A stretch of 64,000 bases of DNA from Eledone cirrhosa (taxonomy: Eukaryota): the NCBI GenBank assembly GCA_964016885.1, contig OZ024754.1, positions 28,644,001 through 28,708,000 of the forward strand. Reading direction: 5' to 3'. The notes below the pieces were generated by a model that saw nothing but the letters and a program-made list of their open reading frames with translations, searched no databases and was not told the DNA's origin. This document shows positions 54,917-64,000 of the stretch, in pieces; within the stretch, counting starts at the first letter, position 1; every line of letters starts with the position of its first letter. Made by a program: the position numbers and the translations under genes.

Positions 54917-55203
54917 TATATGTACATATATCTATATAATATATACAACAATAATCATAATTTATATTTATACATATATGTATACAAATATATGTATGTA
55001 TATATATATATATATCTGTATATGTGTGTGTGTGTATATACATATATGTGTATGTATATAAATGTTTGCATATATATATATATATCTATATATAAGTCAA
55101 TAGAGTGCTCAACCGAGGGAGCCAAATAGTAATAATAATAAATGCAAAGACTAAAATTTGTCATTTATTATTATTACTATATATATATATATGTATATAT
55201 ATG

Positions 55204-55322
<119 letters not shown>

Positions 55323-55577
55323 ATAATAATAAATTTGAAGACTAAAACCCAAAGAGGGCTCGATAAGGATAAATATATATCAAATATAAAAGAACTGTAG
55401 AGCAAATATTTATTAAAATAACAGATTAAAGTTTAAGCAAAGAATCGCTGAGTTTAAGCAAAGAATATACAGTTCCCCAGTGAAATAACAACCCAACAAG
55501 GAACTGGGCATATCAGAGTATTGACAATATTATACACCTAAACAACATATGTACTTGTCTATACCATACTAATTCAA

Positions 55578-55632
55578 ACTGCCTGAAGAGGTCACAACCA
55601 AAGATGGCTGTCACTGAAATATATATAGCAGT
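55578..55632 (+). ncRNA. Hammerhead ribozyme (family D) in a unique insert (~55460-55780) between (TA)n tracts
   Basis: ACTGC-CTGAAGA-GGTCACAACCA aaga TGGCTGTCACT-GAAA-TATATA-TA-GCAGT, immediately followed by AATAAA. Confidence 0.85.
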
Positions 55633-56114
55633 AATAAACGAAGCTAAATTTTAATCATTTGACTTTTATTTAACTTTATTTTACACTACTCCGGAGTAAC
55701 CAAACCAACCTACGCACTTCGTCGAGTGCTCCAGCTGCATACTGAGGTGTTGGTATACAACCAACATAAACTCAAAATCTATATATATATATATGTGTGT
55801 ATATAAGTGTATGTGTGCATGTATATATATGGAGTGTATATATGTTTATCATTATTTTCCATAGGTTGTTCTATGCTGGTGTCAATTGCACTTGTCCTCC
55901 TGTGTTCAGTGTCACACTACTTGTTGTGTTCCCTTGTCATCTCCTTCACAAATTCCACCATCTTCCGATTAGCCTCACTCCTCCCTCTCCACCTTCCCCC
56001 TTAGCCTTCCTCCTCAGTCTTACTCCTTCACAAACTCCTTGCCTCTTAGATCACTTCACTTCTTCGATCAACCGTCATCCTCCATATGCATCATGCCTGT
56101 CTGTGTGTTTTATA

Positions 56115-56202
56115 TAAATATGTGTGTGTGTGCGTGTGTGTGTGTGTGTGTATGTATATATATATATGTGTGTGTGTGTTTGTGTGTGTATGTATGTGTG
56201 TG

Positions 56203-56234
<32 letters not shown>

Positions 56235-56273
56235 AGCGAGAGAGTTTCTGGGTATGTATGTATATATATATAT

Positions 56274-56346
<73 letters not shown>

Positions 56347-56403
56347 CACACACTTACATATATATATATGTGTGTGCATATATATACATGTATATATATA
56401 TAT

Positions 56404-56492
<89 letters not shown>

Positions 56493-56499
56493 CATATAT

Positions 56500-56568
<69 letters not shown>

Positions 56569-56768
56569 TATACATACTCATATATATCATCATACTCATT
56601 TTTACGTCCACTTTTCCATGATTGCCTGTATTAGACAAATCCCCTCAAGTACCGTGTCTCTCTACTTGTCTATTTTGCTTGTCATCTCCTTCATGACATT
56701 CAACATCCCTTCTATGCTTGACTATCATATATATTAGTGTGTGTGTATGTATGTATATATATATACAA

Positions 56769-56826
<58 letters not shown>

Positions 56827-56837
56827 GTATATATATT

Positions 56838-56911
<74 letters not shown>

Positions 56912-57030
56912 CATACATATATATATATATATACATTTACATAAATATATATATATATATATTTATATACATGTATATATATATATATATACACACCCAC
57001 ACATATTTGTGTATATATACACATGTATAT
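56115..57030. repeat. (TA)n/(TG)n/(CA)n compound microsatellite with degenerate RTE tail (~56585-56650)
   Basis: Direct reading. Confidence 0.9.
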
Positions 57031-57115
57031 GAATGTTAGACTGTTCCTCATTCTACAATAATGTGTTAACCCTATTGTTACCATATTTCTAAATGAATGA
57101 CATTACCATGCTTTC

Positions 57116-57257
57116 TAGCATAGTTACGTCCCTTTACGATCTGAGTTCAAATCCCACCGACGTTGACTTTGCCTTTCACCCTTACAGGGTCGATAAAATA
57201 AAGTACCAGTAATGCACTGGGTAATTGCTGGCCTTGTGCCTAAAGTAGAAACAATTA
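57116..57257 (+). mobile_element. SINE family A copy
   Basis: Near-identical to 45462-45598. Confidence 0.88.
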
Positions 57258-57383
57258 TTCTAATCTTACCTGTTTTAACACATCCCCAGTTGTCATGCTA
57301 AATACAATTTTTAAATAGTCTTGAAAATAATGAAGAATTTAAAAGAGTTTAGTAATCTAAATAACTCTTATTATTATATTAGG

Positions 57384-57729
57384 GCAGTGGATTGGCAATA
57401 TTGATAGAGAGTCAGCTACCAGGATTTGCAGCATAGAGTTATGACTCTCTACGTTCTAAGTTCAAATTCCGCTGAGGTTAACGTTGCCTTTCATCCTTAC
57501 GTGGTCGATAAAATAAAGCACCACTAATGGACTGGGATAATTGCTGGCCTTGTGCCAAAACGTAGAAACAATTATTACAGGGTTGATAAAATAAAGTACC
57601 AGTAATACACTGGGATTATTGCTGACCTTGTGCCAAAAATAGTAACAATTATTACAGGGTCGATAAAATAAAGTACCAGTAATACACTGGGGTAATTGCT
57701 GGCCTTGTGCCAAAAGTAGAAACCATTAT
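57384..57729 (+). mobile_element. SINE family A with tandemly triplicated 3' part
   Basis: tRNA-like head, then three ~76-bp units GGTYGATAAAATAAAG...TTGTGCCAAAA..AG.AAC.ATTATTA. Confidence 0.85.
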
Positions 57730-59203
57730 TAAGGTGATTTTTGAAACATAACAGAACTATGGTTCTTACATTAAATTATGATGGAAGGATTTAGATAAAT
57801 ATAAAGGTTTTAACCTTTCTAATGAAACGCACAATCTATGATTTTCAAATAAGTTTTAAAATAATCAAGAATTTGGAGGGAAAAATAACTTCATTTTTAA
57901 ACCTGGTACATTTTGTTAATAGAATCACTGCTGTGCCTTTGTAAGAGAATGTATATTTGGGAATTCACTTCCATTTGGTAACAATGTATGCACCCTGTCT
58001 GTTTAACTGTCCTATCAACAATGTTGATATCAGTTTACAGGTTAATATAGTGTATATAGTGTATCATTTTAACACGTAGTAAAGGTTGGTGGATCTTATG
58101 ACTGAAGTACCATTTACTGTCTGAACATTCACATTATGAAATATATTCATAAAAGTGCTTAAAACACATTTGGAGAGATGCCATCACCATCAAAGCCACA
58201 GAACAAAGTGTTGGAAACTTGAATATTCAGGAGGCTATCCTTATCAATTAAATCTTTCAAGTCAAGTAGCACTAAATGGATAATATTTCACCATCAAAGT
58301 GCTGAGGCATCAATCAAACACATCCACTACACAAGCCTTCTGGCACTAAGGGACTTTTGAGGCTTAATCCCCTCCAATAATTTGTTCCAATATACATATG
58401 CTTTTGTTTTAATTACACTGATTTTCCACTGACTCTAAATATGTTAGCAGGATCATGTTTTTAATTTCATTCTTAGTCAGGTATTGATGATAAAAAAGCA
58501 TGAGCTAATAATAATAATAATACACATGTACAGTATATATACTTAAGTACCTCCCTCCATCCCCAAACTGTAAAGGGGTTTGCATTAAGAAGGGCATTCA
58601 GCTATAGAAAAAATACCTTGCCAAACAATTCCTTGATGGGGCCACTATAAGATGCACCCAATATACTCTATTAAGAGGTGGAACATATGTGTATGATGCA
58701 AGGCCCTTAGGCCATCTGTTATGTCAGTAAATTCAATTAAGTACTGACCTGGTCTGGGATGATGTGTCCGATCCATGCCATCATGAAAATGGGTATGACG
58801 ATGACAATGATGATGATGATGATGATGATAACGATGGGAATACTTACAGTGTCACAGTTGCAGGATTGGTCTACCTTAGACAATAGTGTGCAAATGTGGT
58901 GATTGTGAACTTACTAATTACTGGAAACCTTCAACATCCATTGTTTGTCTCCAGGCGTCAGGGATATTCTAAGGTTTCCAGCAACAAAGAAGCTCATTAG
59001 ATTTGCAAATATATGTCTTGCATGTTCCATAGAAGAGAATTTCCAGCATCTGCTGTTGCTTGTAATGTTTCAACTTCAAAAAACATATGTATGTAGGTAT
59101 GTGTGCATATATATATGTGTGTGTGTGTGTATGAACAGAAACATACATCTGCAAATGTATGTTTATGTGCATGTATATGCATATATATATATATGTATGT
59201 ATA

Positions 59204-59258
<55 letters not shown>

Positions 59259-59809
59259 GTGCTTCCTGTGTTTTGTTTGTTTCATTTATTATATATATAT
59301 ATTGAGTGGGTGAGAGAAAGAAAGAGAGTTGTGTGTATAAACTGTTAACATGCATATGAATTTCTCCTATAGTCATCATATTCATTTTTATATTATTTAA
59401 ATTTCATTCTATCTTTTAACTGAAAAATAAAAATGTGTCGCACACTGTAATATACTCCATGAAAATTCTATTCAGTTTTATTAATTCTTCTCTTCTTTTT
59501 CTATGCCCACTCATTCCTGAGAGGGTCATGGGGGAAGAATCTTCAAACACTCCTTACAGTGGGTTCTGTCAGAAGGAACCATCTCTAACTGATCCATGTT
59601 GGATCCATAAGTGAGACCAGCGAAGTTCATCGATGATATTCATTTTTTTCCCTTTATAATTAATTCATTGTGGGTGATAGAAATGATACAAAACAGCGAA
59701 ATATCTCGCAATAATAATGTTCTAACTTTGTATAATGCTAATGCAATAATAATAATAATAATAAGGATAATAATAATAACAACAACAGCAATAATAATAA
59801 TAATAATGG

Positions 59810-60058
59810 TTTCTCATTTTAGCACAAGGCCAATAATTTTATTGGGAAGGGAAAAAAATCAATTATATATATATCCCAGTACTTGATTGGTACTTTATTT
59901 TATCGACCCTGGGAGGATGAAAGGCAAAGTTGACCTCTGACAACAACAAGAATAATAATAACAATAATAGTAATAATGACAATAACAACAATAATATTAA
60001 TAGTACCAGAATGCTACAAAGCATTTTGTCTGTTGTTCTAAAGATTCTGCCAATCCAC
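59810..60058 (-). mobile_element. Older SINE family A copy interrupted by (AAT/AAC)n
   Basis: TGGTACTTTATTTTATCGACCCTGGGAGGATGAAAGGCAAAGTTGACCTC plus a head remnant ATTCTGCCAATCCACC. Confidence 0.7.
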
Positions 60059-60879
60059 CATGGAGATGTGCCACTTGTCATTTGAGTGTTGAGTTTGATG
60101 CCACTAAAACTGAAATGATATCTTAAATAGACTTCATATAATGAATTTCTCTCCTCTAAAAGACTGCTTCGTTTGGCACTGAATAGTAGTGTCTAACTAA
60201 GATACTTGGTGAGACCTGACAGGCAGGTAGAAGATCTAGATATTTCTAGTTGTCATAGGTGCTTTGGCTATGATGTGAGTAGAACTGAGACGGTATCTTA
60301 AGCAAATAGGCCTTGAATCATAAACTGCTCTCTTACAACATCAAACGTTTTTAAGACCATTTTCCATACTAATGCAAGGGTGACATTGCATGCCTTCTAA
60401 CGACTTTCTCGATTTTGCTCTATTCACTGCATTGTTTTAGGCTTATTGATATTCAAATTCAAACTTGATGTTTTTCCCTAGATCTCACAGTATCTTCTGT
60501 CTTTAGTATAGCAAGGTCTAGTGCAAGACTCTCTCTGGAATGTACTTTGCAGATCCATCTTTCCCCTTTGCAATGTTGACATGCTTCCTAGCACTATTAT
60601 TTTATTCTTATTATAGCTGATCATATGTCTCAAAAATAATCCCAAACCCCAGTTTCAAAATATAATTCAAACTATTAGACACACCATATTTCTTAGAAAA
60701 TTACACCAAAGTGTATAACCCACGCTGAACACCATTGCTCGCACCAAGCAACACTTATATTAATGTGGCTTTTACATGTTAGTTAACAATATATTTTCAA
60801 TATAATTATTTCGGAATAGCTGATTCTTGATATATATCAAGTTACATGTTTTAGTATAATGTTAAGATGGATGTCTGAT

Positions 60880-61293
60880 GTATGAGTGTGTATGTATATA
60901 TATGTGTGTGTGTGTGTGTAATATATGTGTATATGTATATATGTGTATCTATACATATGTGTATATATATGTGTATATATACATATGTATATATACACAT
61001 GTATATGTATATATATATGTGTATATGTATATATATATGTGTATATGTATATATATATGTGTATATGTATATATATATATGTATATGTATATATATATGT
61101 GTATATGTATATATATATGTGTATATGTATATATATATATGTATATGTATATATATATGTGTATATGTATATATATATATGTATATATGTATATGTATAT
61201 ATATATATGTATATGTATATATATATGTATATGTATATATATATGTGTATATGTATATATATATGTGTATATGTATATATATATGTGTATATG

Positions 61294-61324
<31 letters not shown>

Positions 61325-61333
61325 GTATATATG

Positions 61334-61424
<91 letters not shown>

Positions 61425-61685
61425 GTATATATATATGTATATATATGTATATATGTATATATGTATATGTATATATATATGTATATATATATATGTATAT
61501 ATATATATATGTATATATATATATGTATATATATATATATGTATATATATATGTATATATATATGTATATATATATGTATGTATATATATATATATGTAT
61601 ATATATATGTATATATATATGTATATATATATGTATATATGTATGTATGTATATATATATGTATGTATATATATGTATAACTATA

Positions 61686-61733
<48 letters not shown>

Positions 61734-61835
61734 TGTATATATATTTATGTATATATGTATATATATATATACATATGTATATGTATATATATGTATATGT
61801 ATATATATATACATATGTATATGTATATATATATA
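60880..61835. repeat. (TA)n/(TATG)n compound microsatellite
   Basis: Direct reading. Confidence 0.95.
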
Positions 61836-62065
61836 CAGATCAGAGCAAATAGCACGGACACTCTATCTCAAAATTATTTTTGAAAAGCATTTAGAAATGC
61901 GCAACCGGTAAAAACTTAAAAACTTAAAACCACAACTGAATACTAACCCATACAATCACTAATACTCTTTTATTCCTAATTAAACCATTTTTCAACTGAA
62001 CAATTTGTCAGCATTTTCTATTCCGTTTACCAATATATATATATATATATGTACATATGTATATG

Positions 62066-62097
<32 letters not shown>

Positions 62098-62158
62098 CAT
62101 ATGTATATGTATGTATATACATATATGTATATATATATGCATGTATATATGTATATAT

Positions 62159-62498
62159 GGAGGCACATGGCATAGTGGTTAGAGCATTGGCCTTGCAATC
62201 GAAAGGTTGTGAGTTCAATTCTCAGACCGGGTGATGTGTTGTTTCCTTGATCAAGACACTTTATTTCACATTGCTCCAGTTTACTCAGCTGTAGAAATGA
62301 GATGATAGGGACTGGGGTCCTTATCATTCCACTGCAAAGTGGTCGTGGAGGTACCACGGCAAAAAATCACCCAGCACTCACTGTAAATGAGGTTGGTGTT
62401 AGGAAGGGCATCCAGCTGTAGAAATCAAGCCAGAATCAGTTCCCGTCCCACCCTTGCAAGCAGGGAAATGTGGACGTAAAATGAAATGATGAAATGAT
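62159..62498 (+). mobile_element. SINE family B, full length, inserted in (TA)n
   Basis: Near-identical to 36057-36398. Confidence 0.92.

Positions 62499-64000
<1,502 letters not shown>

Noticed and set aside
58945-59256. 103-aa ORF as a host exon
   Set aside because: It has no recognisable homology and runs into a microsatellite.

Overview
Eukaryotic, AT-rich, repeat-saturated DNA. The SINE/RTE repertoire and huge (TA)n tracts suggest an octopus or other coleoid cephalopod (inference). The only host coding sequence I can support is one 102-bp exon (28041-28142, +) that I recognise as MON2, so the window is probably mostly giant MON2 intron. It holds about 20 kb of a 46-bp satellite with higher-order structure, a decayed full-length Ty3/Gypsy element, a 5'-truncated RTE-type LINE with a PHD finger in its RT C-terminus, two tRNA-SINE families, several MITEs (piggyBac/TTAA, mariner, Tigger, hAT) and Helitron-like ends. 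The most notable signal is a dense set of fold-back elements sitting in (TA)n microsatellites. They carry at least eight complete minimal type-I hammerhead ribozyme motifs from four sequence families, two of them physically linked to GIY-YIG/Penelope-like ORF remnants. Most ORFs in the supplied track are microsatellite artefacts.
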